A stretch of DNA of 64,000 bases, taken from positions 131,275 through 195,274 of the forward strand of contig CALCZC010000025.1 of assembly GCA_937903605.1 (NCBI GenBank), in the 5' to 3' direction. The position numbers and the translations under genes were made by a program. The stretch is from an uncultured bacterium (GTDB lineage: Bacteria > Patescibacteriota > Patescibacteriia > Magasanikbacterales > GWA2-37-8). Each line of letters starts with the position of its first letter. The stretch's first letter is position 1. Positions 1 through 9,891 of the stretch are shown piece after piece. The notes under the pieces are model-generated. The model was not told the origin of the DNA. It searched no databases and was given only the letters and a program-made list of their open reading frames with translations.

Positions 1-762
1 GGTTCAATATTTTTTTCTACGGGTTTGATATTAAGCAATTTGACCCTTTTGTTATCATAAAAAGTAAAAACTCCTGGCCAAGGGTTTAATCCTCGGAATT
101 GGTTATAAATTTCCACAGCTGACTTGTTAAAATCAATTTGCCCGTCTTCACGCGTAAACATTTTACACAAAGTCGCTTGCTCGTGGTTTTGTTCTTGAGG
201 AGCGATGTCGCCGGCCAAATATTCCCGGATTGTTTTAAGAAGCAGTTCGCAGGCAACAGGCAACATTTTGTCACTAAGTGTCAAATAGTTATCGTTCGGG
301 GCAATAGTCAATTTTTCTTGGGCTAGAATCGGTCCATGGTCCATTTTGCTGTCCATGAGCATGATAGTAACACCAGTTTCTTTTTCACCATTTATAATCG
401 CGGACTGTATCGGGGAGGCGCCACGATATTTCGGGAGTAGAGAAGTATGAATATTTATACTTCCGTGTTTAGCTGAATCTAACACCGTTTGAGGAATAAT
501 AATCCCATATTGGCAAACAATATTTAAATCTGCGCCCAAATTTGGTATTTCGTAGTTTTTTAAACTTTCCGGTTGGAGTATTTTTAAATTATGATCTTCA
601 GCCAATATTTTCACCGGTGATTTTTGGATCTCTTGTTTGCGTCCCACCGGTCTGTCCGGTTGGGTGAATACTGCGACAATTTCAAAATCGGAACTTTTTA
701 TCAAAGCTTCCAAAATGCCTTTGCCAAATTCCTGAGTTCCAAAGAAAATGATTTTAGTCATA
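1..762 (-). CDS. fmt: Methionyl-tRNA formyltransferase, 3' end truncated by the window edge (ATG at 760-762 on the minus strand). This frame is absent from the ORF track because it runs off the window.
   Basis: Manual minus-strand translation from 762 gives MTKIIFFGTQEFGKGILEAL...QPDRPVGRKQEIQKSPVK...SINIHTSLLPKYRGASPIQSAIINGEKETGVTIM, the Fmt N-terminal formyltransferase domain. It lies immediately downstream of def, the classic def-fmt arrangement. Confidence 0.85.
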
Positions 763-788
763 ATAATTTCTGTAATCTCTGCAATCTA

Positions 789-1277
789 TCACAGCGCTTT
801 TTCCGCATGTCTTAGTTTCTTCGCTTTATCGATAAACAAAATTCCATTGAGGTGATCAACTTCGTGCTGAATCACACGGGCGGGGAAGTCAACAGCTTCA
901 AAACAGATTTCTTTACCATGTTCGTCAAGCGCTTTAACTTTGATTTTTTTGTAGCGCTTTACCAAACCATAAATTCCAGGCACGGATAAACAACCCTCTT
1001 CATCCAAGGTTTTAAGAATGCTTTTTTTCTCCCAAAACGGATTTATCAAAATCAAATCTTTTTCTTTGGTCGGGGTAAAATCTTTGGCAATTAGACAAAC
1101 CATGAGTGATTCTCCGACTTGAGGTGCGGCAATGCCAACACCATCTCGGATATACATGGTTTCCGTCAAATCCTTGATAAATTTCTTAAATTTTTTTGAC
1201 CCGATATCTTCTTTGGTAAGTTGTTTGCCAACTTTACGCAAAATAGGATTCGGTTCGGTAAAAATTTCTAATAACAT
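789..1277 (-). CDS. def: Peptide deformylase
   Basis: Contains GIGLAAPQVG-like (GVGIAAPQVG), EGCLSVPG and QHEVDHLNG motifs. The start is placed at MLLEIFTEPNPILR, 2 nt from the upstream gene's stop. Confidence 0.85.
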   Translation of the reverse strand: MLLEIFTEPNPILRKVGKQLTKEDIGSKKFKKFIKDLTETMYIRDGVGIAAPQVGESLMVCLIAKDFTPTKEKDLILINPFWEKKSILKTLDEEGCLSVPGIYGLVKRYKKIKVKALDEHGKEICFEAVDFPARVIQHEVDHLNGILFIDKAKKLRHAEKAL

Positions 1278-1278
1278 A

Positions 1279-1731
1279 TTATTTAAAATACATTTTTGCA
1301 CATTCTAAAATTCCCGAAACAAATAAATTATTTAAATTATTTTTTATTTCTTCATAAGACATCCAAGTATACGAAGCGTGCTCATCGCTTATTTTTATAT
1401 CGCCTTCCAAGAGTTTTCCTTCAAACACCAAATAAAAACATCTTGCAAGTTTATTTTGTCTTTTTGAAAACGATTCATGCCTTCCATAAGCAAGTGGTGT
1501 TTCAGATAATAATTCGTATTTTATATCAGACCCAATCTCTTCGTCTGTTTCACGCTTTAAAATTTCAGGTAGTCCAATATTGAATTCTTCTTCACCAATT
1601 CTACCTCCGGGAAAATCATAATATCCATGATACCTTCCGCCGTCTTCAACTTTCAATAATAAAAATTTACCATCTTGATTTTGAAGAATAAGTTTCAATG
1701 AAATTTGATAGTTATCGTAATTTGTAGACAT
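1279..1731 (-). CDS. NUDIX hydrolase
   Basis: Nudix box GGRIGEEEFNIGLPEILKRETDEEIG (GX5EX7REUXEEXGU). The start is placed at an internal Met to avoid overlap with the upstream gene. Confidence 0.7.
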   Translation of the reverse strand: MSTNYDNYQISLKLILQNQDGKFLLLKVEDGGRYHGYYDFPGGRIGEEEFNIGLPEILKRETDEEIGSDIKYELLSETPLAYGRHESFSKRQNKLARCFYLVFEGKLLEGDIKISDEHASYTWMSYEEIKNNLNNLFVSGILECAKMYFK

Positions 1732-1732
1732 A

Positions 1733-3601
1733 TTATACTGAAAATAGCGTGCTTGGATTTGGGTCAACCTTCCAATTTTTTGGAATAATCTTATTAATTT
1801 CTTTGATTACAGTGTGATAATTTTCATATCCCAGACGAATAAGCAATATATAACGATAATTTCCTTTTTGAAAATAGGGGATTGCTTGATGCGGACCGCT
1901 TATTTTAGCGCTTTTAACGGTTTTTGTCAAGTCTTCCAGGTGGTTTTTCAAAATATTTGCTTCTTTGATAGCTAAATTGGCGTTGGGAGAAAAAATAGCT
2001 AATTTTAGCCAATAATTAAAAGGTGGATATTGAAAAATAGATCTTTCCAATAATTGATTTTTATAAAAATCATCAGGTTTGTTTAGAGAAGAAAATAAAT
2101 AATGACCAGGATGAGAAGTCTGTAAAATAACGGAGCTTTCCAAAGATGTTTTATAAAATGAATCACGAATTTTTTGCCAAAGATGTTCTATGTTTTTATA
2201 TTCCGTAGACATGAGAGAAGGATCGGTGTTGATAAAACAAATCAATTTTATTTTTGACCAAGGGATAAGAGCCCAGGCCATTTCAGTCCCTACATAAATA
2301 GTTCCCGGTCTATGTTCAAAAGTCGTATTTTTTTCAAGTTCAGAATCTAGGCGTACAATTTGAAAATGTTTTAACTCCGATTCTTTGCGCAATTCTTTTT
2401 CTACACTCTCTGTTCCGGGGTTACGCATCTTCAGGTTAAAACTTTGACAATTGGGGCAAGATCCGATAAGAGGTTGAACAGACTCACAAAAATTACAACG
2501 TAACTCTTTTTTATTACCAAAATAAGCCAAAGGCCGGCCGCATTTCTGACAAAGAAAAGGTTTTTTACAATCACCGCAAAAAAGATAACCAGCGCTCCCT
2601 TTTTTATTTAAAAACATAAAGGCGGAATCTTTACGGTCTAAGTTCTTTAATTCTTCCAAAAGTTCAAAACTCAAAGGAGAATAGTTTTTAGCGCGTTTTT
2701 CTAAATTTAAATCAATGAGCTTAAAAGATTTTTTGAGATTATTCAAATTTCCTTCCAAAATATATTTTTTTTGTTCGGCAAAATAAAAAGAAGAAATGGA
2801 AGGGGAATGAGAAATCAAATAAATCTGACAACCGGTAAATTTAGAAAGTAACATGGCGGCATCGCGAGTGTGATAACGCGGAGCCATATCGTAGGATTTA
2901 TAATTTTCATTTCCTTCATCAAGAATGAAAACATTTTTTAAATTCGTCCAGGGTAAAAATAGAGCTTTGCGGGTGCCGATTACCAAGACATCTTCATTTT
3001 TTCGTATTTTTTTCCAAAGTGACGAAGTTTTTTTATCCGTCAAATCACTACTTAAAACCACAGTAGGAAATTTATCAGAAAAATATTTTTCTAATTTTAC
3101 AAGATCGTTTTTTTCCGGAGTTAGAATCAGGTTTTGTCCGCTAAGAGAAATATTTTTTTGTAAAAAATCCTCTGTAGTAGAGTTATCAGGAGTGACAACA
3201 AGATGGGGTTTAGCTGAATTTTTTTTTGCAAAATAATCCGAAAAATCTGATACTGTCAAATCGTTAAAAAACTTTTTTGTAAATTTGGGAAAACTGAATT
3301 TATATATAAAACCAAGATCAGTGGCATAAAACGAGGATATTTCTTTATAATATTCAAAAATAGATTGGGGTAAAAAGGGTGTAGAAAAACAAATTTTATT
3401 CAAAGCGCGCAATTTAGTTTGATTTTTCAAAAGAGAATTTTGTTCCAAAGAATAAACTAGACCATATTCGTTGTTGTTGCGAAAAGGTATTTCTACAAGT
3501 TGACCGATTTTTATTTCTTTTTCTAAATTTTTTGAGACCAAATAATCAAAATAATTTATTTTGGGTGGCATTCTGCGGAAAAGTATTATTTGTGCCCGCA
3601 T
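1733..3601 (-). CDS. PriA-like primosomal protein N'. Walker motifs are degenerate; the C-terminal Cys4 zinc region is retained.
   Basis: CGDCKKPFLCQKCGRPL...CNFCESVQPLIGSCPNC zinc-binding module and the overall size are PriA-like. No canonical Walker A is seen in the helicase region. The start is assumed at MRAQ. Confidence 0.45.
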   Translation of the reverse strand: MRAQIILFRRMPPKINYFDYLVSKNLEKEIKIGQLVEIPFRNNNEYGLVYSLEQNSLLKNQTKLRALNKICFSTPFLPQSIFEYYKEISSFYATDLGFIYKFSFPKFTKKFFNDLTVSDFSDYFAKKNSAKPHLVVTPDNSTTEDFLQKNISLSGQNLILTPEKNDLVKLEKYFSDKFPTVVLSSDLTDKKTSSLWKKIRKNEDVLVIGTRKALFLPWTNLKNVFILDEGNENYKSYDMAPRYHTRDAAMLLSKFTGCQIYLISHSPSISSFYFAEQKKYILEGNLNNLKKSFKLIDLNLEKRAKNYSPLSFELLEELKNLDRKDSAFMFLNKKGSAGYLFCGDCKKPFLCQKCGRPLAYFGNKKELRCNFCESVQPLIGSCPNCQSFNLKMRNPGTESVEKELRKESELKHFQIVRLDSELEKNTTFEHRPGTIYVGTEMAWALIPWSKIKLICFINTDPSLMSTEYKNIEHLWQKIRDSFYKTSLESSVILQTSHPGHYLFSSLNKPDDFYKNQLLERSIFQYPPFNYWLKLAIFSPNANLAIKEANILKNHLEDLTKTVKSAKISGPHQAIPYFQKGNYRYILLIRLGYENYHTVIKEINKIIPKNWKVDPNPSTLFSV

Positions 3602-3605
3602 AAAA

Positions 3606-4397
3606 TTATATTTTGAAGTAAGCGGTAAGATAACCGACACCAAACGGTGCTTCATAACAAAGCTGTCTATAGTCGCAATTAATACCCTGTAAAATGCCGG
3701 CTAGAATAAGTAAAGATCTAAAACCACATTCCGCCGCCGAAGATATTAGTTCGGGTTTGAGCTGTAGCATACCAGCTAAATTTTGAGTAGAGAGAAGTTC
3801 TTGTATTTTAGTATCAAAAATTTTTCCTTCAGAAGTGTAGCCGGCCGGCGCTTCGGTGGTTAACGCATGGGACATGTCACCTGAAGCTATCACCGCCACT
3901 CTTTTGTTGGAAGATAAAATAACTTCTTGTAAAATGTTTCCAAATTCAACATGAGTTTTATTTGGCAAGTCACAAAAACCCAATTGCAATAATCCAAAAT
4001 TTTTTAAATGAGAAGTTAAAAAATAAAGAGGAACTCCACTACCATGATCCAGAGACGATTCACTAATGGTGGCGGTTGGAATATTTTGTTCAAAAGAATT
4101 TTTACGTATTTTGTAAGCCAACATGGTTTCACCTTTAAATTTTATTTTTGTGGCCAAATCTCCAAACTCTTTAAAATCCGTGATGAATTCCGGACAGGCA
4201 TTTATTGTAAAAGCGTCAACAAAAAAACTACCATGGGGAGAAATGATGATTATAATATCCGGATGGGTCGCATATAACTCTTTTTCCATCTGAAGCAAAG
4301 CTTTCTTTGTTTTATCTACTTTTTTAGCTTCTTCCTTACCGATAGTCGGTAAAATTAAAGGTGGGTGCGGGGTAATCCCGGCAAAGACTAATGACAT
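3606..4397 (-). CDS. LigB-family class III extradiol dioxygenase / Memo-like protein (AmmeMemoRadiSam system protein B-like)
   Basis: 263 aa with an N-terminus MSLVFAGITPHPPLILP and IIISPHG typical of the Memo/LigB fold. An AMMECR1 gene lies 7 kb away. Confidence 0.45.
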   Translation of the reverse strand: MSLVFAGITPHPPLILPTIGKEEAKKVDKTKKALLQMEKELYATHPDIIIIISPHGSFFVDAFTINACPEFITDFKEFGDLATKIKFKGETMLAYKIRKNSFEQNIPTATISESSLDHGSGVPLYFLTSHLKNFGLLQLGFCDLPNKTHVEFGNILQEVILSSNKRVAVIASGDMSHALTTEAPAGYTSEGKIFDTKIQELLSTQNLAGMLQLKPELISSAAECGFRSLLILAGILQGINCDYRQLCYEAPFGVGYLTAYFKI

Positions 4398-4401
4398 ATG
4401 A

Positions 4402-6780
4402 TTATGGTTTTTGACTGGCTATTTGGGCGTATTTTTCCAAAGCTGCCCATTGGGCTATTTTATCAGGTTCGATAAAACGATTTTTATAATCTTTGTTGCC
4501 CAAAGTGATAATGATATATTGTTTTCCGGTTCTTGTTTTGGAATAATTGTCCAGTGCTTGTTTGGTGGCAGTGCCGTAATAACCGGTATTACTCTTGTGT
4601 TTAAAGAATCCTTCTTTACGCAAAAGTGCCTGGAGTTGTTTGACTTGATTGTTAGTTTGTCCAAACTTTACTTTTTCAGCCAAGTTTATTATTGGGTCGT
4701 TTATTTTTCCTTCGATAAGCATGAGTAATGTTGAGCTGGCCTCATCGGTAAAACCCGTTTTACTGGCTAAAATTTTATAATTTTTTGTTGTTCCCAAAAG
4801 CTTGTTAGTGTTATTTAAAGTTTGGGTTGAAACTTTTTTTCCGGAAGTCTTGGTTATTTTGTAAGACTTTAAACCCAAAGCTTCTTTGATTTCTTTTTTA
4901 TCAAGCGCTTTGACGAAAATTTTTAACAAATCTCTGGCAGTGGAAACATTTTGTTCACTCAAACCGGAGACATCGGATATTTTTGTATTATCCGCACCCC
5001 AATCTTCCAAACGTTTATTGATGTTTTGTATAAATTCCGTTTCGTTCACCCCGCTATTTTGAGCGATAATATTGGAAACATTGTTTACAGAACCAACCAA
5101 CATACCATAAAATAAATCTTTATTTTTAATTTTATCACCGTTTATTAGGTTAAGAGGATTACTGTCAGAAGCTTGTTTTTTGGCATCAAAAACCGAAGTT
5201 TTACTGAGACTAAAGTCAGTAACCAGAGCTTCATAGGCGGTTAAAATTTTAGTTAGAGAAGCTATAGGAAAGGCCGTATCAATATTTTTTCCGGAAATTA
5301 TACGACCACTAGGGAATTCAGCTACCAAATAAGCCGGCAAATTGGTTTTGTATAAGTCTTCAACTGTCATACCGCTATCACCCAAAAATTTATTTTTGGA
5401 AGAAGCCAAGCTATTGTTGACATATATGGAATCGCCTTCAGCCATGGACAATAATGTTGAAAGTTCGGCAGTGACTAAATTTTTATAATTATAACCCATT
5501 GCCAAAAAAGTTTCTTCATCGGCAATACGTCTTTTTTTACCTTTATCGATAACGTAAATAATATTTCTATCCTTCATTTTAAGCAAAGTTCCATCGGCAA
5601 AAGTTATTAATTTATCGGAAATAGCATAAGTGGCAATATCTTTTTTTTGCTTGTTTTCAATTTCCAATCCCGGGTAGTTGGTTTTGGCTACTTCAGATGC
5701 TGTTAGGGGAAACAAAACACCGTCTTTAAATAGGAAATGAGCGTTGGCTGCATCGGTAATTTTATAAATAACACCTTGAGGTTTGGTTGTAGAGGTGGTA
5801 ATTGTCGGGCCGATTTCATAACCACTCATCTCATTTTCAGTTGCTTCGATTATTTCTTGTGGATTAAAACCCAGTTTTCTAACAGTCTCTTCATTGGCAA
5901 AAGGTCGTTTAGTGTCATAATCAAGTAAATAATAAGCACGTTCCGTTTTGATAATGGAATAGTTGGGAAAATTAATAGGGGCACCTTCCGGATAATTTAT
6001 CAGGTCAGTATCAGGAACGATAACCGCTAAATTTGGATTGGATCGAGAAATCAAAACCGTCTTGCTTTCAAAAGGTCTTTTTTTGCCATCAGAAATCAAA
6101 TAATATTTTTCCGAAGTGGCGGCTTGTAGAATTGTGCCGTTGGGATAGATAGAAGCAAACCAATTATTCCAAATTCGCCAAAAATTTTTATTTCCATTTA
6201 AATGAGGAGTATAGGTATATAAAAAAGCGGTAGCCCAGCTCTGAGGAACGACCTGTTGATTATTGATAAAGACCGGAGAATTTATTTTTTTCACTACGCT
6301 ATGAGAAGTATTGTTATAGTACCAACGGATTATCCCGGCGGCGTTATCAACTTGTTTGGCAAAGCCTTTGTATTTTTGAATTTTCGGATCATTCATACTG
6401 CAAGAATCACAAACCGCATAACCCATCGCCCAATCAAGTTGTTTTTGAGTGGGGGAGTTGTCCATCACCAGACTTTGTTCCTTCTGTAAATTCACCAAAA
6501 GAAATTTGGGATTAATGTTGTATCTTTGTGCAGCCTCATAAATTATTTGTGCGGCTGTTTTGTGGCAATCATCTATGTCCAAAGCCGAATAAGTTGCCAA
6601 ATAACTTCCCTTGGCTTCTAAAAATTTTTGGACATCCCGAACGGTCATAGAACTGCTTTGTTGCATCTCTTCGTCGGAAATAATAAAATTAGGATTAAAT
6701 TCCGTTTGTGCCAAGGAAAAAATAGGTAAAAGTAGACTAAATAAACATATAAAAATAAAGGCAATTTTGGATAGTCTCAT
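4402..6780 (-). CDS. Secreted serine-type D-Ala-D-Ala carboxypeptidase (PBP5/S11-like) with a large N-terminal domain of unknown function and a C-terminal peptidoglycan-binding domain
   Basis: Signal peptide MRLSKIAFIFICLFSLLLPIFSLAQT. Carries the SxxK (ASLTK), SxN (SVN) and KTG (SKTGFT) motifs. The C-terminus LQALLRKEGFF...GYYGTATKQAL is PG_binding_1-like. Confidence 0.7.
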   Translation of the reverse strand: MRLSKIAFIFICLFSLLLPIFSLAQTEFNPNFIISDEEMQQSSSMTVRDVQKFLEAKGSYLATYSALDIDDCHKTAAQIIYEAAQRYNINPKFLLVNLQKEQSLVMDNSPTQKQLDWAMGYAVCDSCSMNDPKIQKYKGFAKQVDNAAGIIRWYYNNTSHSVVKKINSPVFINNQQVVPQSWATAFLYTYTPHLNGNKNFWRIWNNWFASIYPNGTILQAATSEKYYLISDGKKRPFESKTVLISRSNPNLAVIVPDTDLINYPEGAPINFPNYSIIKTERAYYLLDYDTKRPFANEETVRKLGFNPQEIIEATENEMSGYEIGPTITTSTTKPQGVIYKITDAANAHFLFKDGVLFPLTASEVAKTNYPGLEIENKQKKDIATYAISDKLITFADGTLLKMKDRNIIYVIDKGKKRRIADEETFLAMGYNYKNLVTAELSTLLSMAEGDSIYVNNSLASSKNKFLGDSGMTVEDLYKTNLPAYLVAEFPSGRIISGKNIDTAFPIASLTKILTAYEALVTDFSLSKTSVFDAKKQASDSNPLNLINGDKIKNKDLFYGMLVGSVNNVSNIIAQNSGVNETEFIQNINKRLEDWGADNTKISDVSGLSEQNVSTARDLLKIFVKALDKKEIKEALGLKSYKITKTSGKKVSTQTLNNTNKLLGTTKNYKILASKTGFTDEASSTLLMLIEGKINDPIINLAEKVKFGQTNNQVKQLQALLRKEGFFKHKSNTGYYGTATKQALDNYSKTRTGKQYIIITLGNKDYKNRFIEPDKIAQWAALEKYAQIASQKP

Positions 6781-6866
6781 AAAAAATTCAAATTATTTTT
6801 CTATATGTTTATTTTAACATTTTTTCAAATATAAAACAACCCCTTTTTACAGGGTTGTTTTACGAC

Positions 6867-9500
6867 TTACTTTATAACTATTTCATTTTTGTTGAGAGAA
6901 ATTTTTACTTTCTGTCCTTCTTTAATTTTGCCTTCAATAATAAGTAAGGATAGTTTGTCTAGAAGTTCGTTTTGAATAACGCGTTTAAGCGGACGAGCAC
7001 CATAATTGACATCATATCCTTTTTCCGCTAGATATTTTTTAATTTTATCTTCAAAAGAAAGATAAATCTTTTTTTCCGCCAAACGTTTTTCCGTTTGAAT
7101 CAATTGTAATTCTACTATTTTTTCAATTTCTTTTTCTCCCAAAGAATGAAAGACTATAGTTTCGTCAATGCGATTGAGAAACTCTGGTTTAAAATAATCA
7201 TTGAGCGATTCGGTAATTTTTTCTTTGATTTTTTCTTCTTCGTTCATCTTTTTCTTACGTGATTCAGAAAAACCAAACTCACTATTTTTGCGAAGGTTTA
7301 AAATAGCTTCACTGCCAATATTGGAAGTCATGATAATAACGGTATTTTTGAAATTAACAACACGGCCTTTGGCGTCTGTGATTCGGCCGTCGTCAAGTAT
7401 TTGTAACATGATATTAAAAACATCTCCGTGTGCTTTTTCTATTTCATCAAACAAAATTACACTATATGGTCGACGACGAATGATTTCCGTCAATTGACCG
7501 CCTTCGTCATATCCGACATATCCCGGGGGAGAACCGATGATTTTACTGACACTATGTTTTTCCATGTATTCACTCATGTCTACTCTCACCAAAGAATCCG
7601 GGGTATCAAATAAAAACTCAGCCAGTGTTTTTGCCAATTCTGTTTTACCAACTCCGGTTGGACCCAGAAAAATAAATGAACCTATCGGACGATTGGGTTC
7701 GGAAATACCGGCGCGACTTCTACGAATAGCTCTGGATACCGCGATTACGGCTTCGTCTTGTCCGATAACGCGTTTTTTCAACTCTTCTTCCATATCAATT
7801 AGTTTTTCCGTATCACTTTGTAACATTTTATTGACAGGAATTCCGGTCCAGCGTGAAACTACGCCGGCTATATCGTTTTCCGTAATTTCCTCTTTTAAGA
7901 TTCCGCGGTTTTTTTGTATTTCACGTAATTTCTTTTCACTTTCTTTGATCTCATTTTCTAATTCAGAAATTTTTCCGTAACGTAACTCGGCGACTTTTTG
8001 TAAATCTCCTTTACGTTCTTCAATGTCAGCTTGTTGTTTGGTTTTATCAATCTCTTTTTTGAGATTATGAATTTTTTCTATAGCTTCTTTCTCGTTTTTC
8101 CATCTTGCTTCCAATTCAGTGGCTTTTTCTTTGATTTCCGCCAAATCTTTTTCCAATTTTTTTAGTTGTTCTTTGGCATCCTGTGTTTTTTCACTACCTA
8201 AAGCGCGTTTTTCAATTTCTAATTTTATTATTTGTCTTTTGAATCGATCCAATTCTTCAGGCATAGATTCCACCTCTAGGCGTAAAGCTGAAGCGGCTTC
8301 ATCTATCAAATCAATAGCCTTATCCGGTAAAAATCTGTCGGTAATATAACGTTCGGAAAGTTTAACCGCGGAAACAATCGCTGAATCTGTAATTTTAACT
8401 CCATGGTGCACTTCGTATTTTTCTTTAATTCCGCGCAAAATAGCGATAGCATCATCTTCATTTGGTTCAGCAACCAAAACAGGTTGAAATCGACGTTCCA
8501 GAGCCGCGTCTTTTTCAATATATTTTTGATATTCTTTCAAAGTAGTGGCACCGATAGCTCGCAGTTCACCGCGGGCCAGCATCGGTTTGAGCATGTTGGC
8601 GGCATCAATAGAACCTTCAGAAGATCCGGCTCCAACAATAGTATGAAGCTCATCAATAAATAAAATTATTTTTCCGGCTGCGGCATCAACTTCTTTGAGC
8701 ACGGCTTTGAGACGATCTTCAAATTCACCTCTGAATTTTGAGCCGGCAACCAAGGAAGAGATGTCCAAAGTTATCAATTCTTTATTTTTGAGTGATTCCG
8801 GAACGTCTTTATTGACTATCCGTTGCGCTAACCCTTCGGCAATGGCCGTTTTACCAGTACCCGGTTCGCCAATAAGTACCGGATTGTTTTTTGTTCGACG
8901 AGTAAGAATCTGCATCACACGACGAATTTCTTCATCTCGCCCGATAACAGGATCGATTTTTTCTTTACGTGCCAGTTCAGTTAAATTCTTACCGTATTTT
9001 TTCAAAGCATCATATTTGCTTTCTGGTTCAGGAGAATCAACTTTTTGATTACCACGGATAGAAGCCAGAACCTTGAGCACCTCATCGTAATTTATTTTAT
9101 AAATTGATAAAATTTCACTGATGGGATTTTTACCTGAAAGTAAAGAAAGAAAAAGGTGTTCAACACTGATATAATCATCACCCATTTTTTTTGCGATTTC
9201 TCCGGAATTTTGCAAAACAAAAACCGTTGCTGGAGAAAGCATGAGTTGTCCGTTTTGAAGTAGGGGAGAAGCACCGGGATTTTTTGGTATTTTATTAAGC
9301 AATTTTTCCATTTCCGCGTGAATTTGAGAAACTGAGATGTTCATTTTACACAAAACTGAAGCCGTTACTCCTTCCTCATCTTGGAGCATAGCTAAAATCA
9401 AGTGTGGTGGATCTACTTGTCCATGACCATTTTGTGTGGCAATTTGTGCCGAAATTTGAATAATTTCTTGAGATTTAGTGGTAAAATTGTTTGGAAACAT
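6867..9500 (-). CDS. clpB: Chaperone ClpB (Hsp100), two AAA+ modules with a middle coiled coil
   Basis: 877 aa with a Clp_N domain. Walker A GEPGTGKT and GPTGVGKT are present, with a long M-domain between them. Confidence 0.9.
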   Translation of the reverse strand: MFPNNFTTKSQEIIQISAQIATQNGHGQVDPPHLILAMLQDEEGVTASVLCKMNISVSQIHAEMEKLLNKIPKNPGASPLLQNGQLMLSPATVFVLQNSGEIAKKMGDDYISVEHLFLSLLSGKNPISEILSIYKINYDEVLKVLASIRGNQKVDSPEPESKYDALKKYGKNLTELARKEKIDPVIGRDEEIRRVMQILTRRTKNNPVLIGEPGTGKTAIAEGLAQRIVNKDVPESLKNKELITLDISSLVAGSKFRGEFEDRLKAVLKEVDAAAGKIILFIDELHTIVGAGSSEGSIDAANMLKPMLARGELRAIGATTLKEYQKYIEKDAALERRFQPVLVAEPNEDDAIAILRGIKEKYEVHHGVKITDSAIVSAVKLSERYITDRFLPDKAIDLIDEAASALRLEVESMPEELDRFKRQIIKLEIEKRALGSEKTQDAKEQLKKLEKDLAEIKEKATELEARWKNEKEAIEKIHNLKKEIDKTKQQADIEERKGDLQKVAELRYGKISELENEIKESEKKLREIQKNRGILKEEITENDIAGVVSRWTGIPVNKMLQSDTEKLIDMEEELKKRVIGQDEAVIAVSRAIRRSRAGISEPNRPIGSFIFLGPTGVGKTELAKTLAEFLFDTPDSLVRVDMSEYMEKHSVSKIIGSPPGYVGYDEGGQLTEIIRRRPYSVILFDEIEKAHGDVFNIMLQILDDGRITDAKGRVVNFKNTVIIMTSNIGSEAILNLRKNSEFGFSESRKKKMNEEEKIKEKITESLNDYFKPEFLNRIDETIVFHSLGEKEIEKIVELQLIQTEKRLAEKKIYLSFEDKIKKYLAEKGYDVNYGARPLKRVIQNELLDKLSLLIIEGKIKEGQKVKISLNKNEIVIK

Positions 9501-9546
9501 ATAATTAAATTTAGCTTACCACGTAGCGCGGAGCGCTTTATGTGGT

Positions 9547-9573
9547 TATCACTCCATAACAGAGAGTGATAAT
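9547..9573. promoter_or_regulatory. CIRCE-like HrcA operator (TTATCACTC-N9-GAGTGATAA) in the clpB 5' region
   Basis: A 9-N9-9 inverted repeat one mismatch per arm from the TTAGCACTC-N9-GAGTGCTAA consensus. It sits just downstream of a minus-strand TTGACA-16-TACAAT promoter (9569-9602). Confidence 0.55.
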
Positions 9574-9891
9574 ATTGTAGCACGAGATAAAAATTTGTCA
9601 AATGGGGTTATTTATTGACAAATTTTCATTTAAAAGCTACTATTTTTGTCATAGTTCTTTTATTTTTTAAAAGGAGGTAGTGCTTTTAGTGAAAAAATAA
9701 TCAATTTAGTTTTAGTGATCCTTATTTCCGGTTGCATAGCTGGAATAGGCGCAATCTTAATCTTGAGAGTTCTTTTGAACCAAGTTATGGGAAAAAACAA
9801 ACAATAACATTTTTAGGGACTAAATAGTCCCTTTTTTGTTTGAATTTTTTCGATAAATAAGGTAAAATATATCGGCTAAAGTATTTTAGAT

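Noticed and set aside
86-326. ORF-track ORFs 86-274(-) and 138-326(+) at the left edge
   Set aside because: They overlap the clearly coding fmt frame, which translates to a canonical formyltransferase on the minus strand from 762. They are shadow frames.
7201-9274. Multiple plus-strand ORFs inside clpB (7201-7497, 7537-7980, 8119-8349, 8403-8663, 8695-9048)
   Set aside because: They are antisense to an unambiguous ClpB reading frame. Their products are low-complexity.
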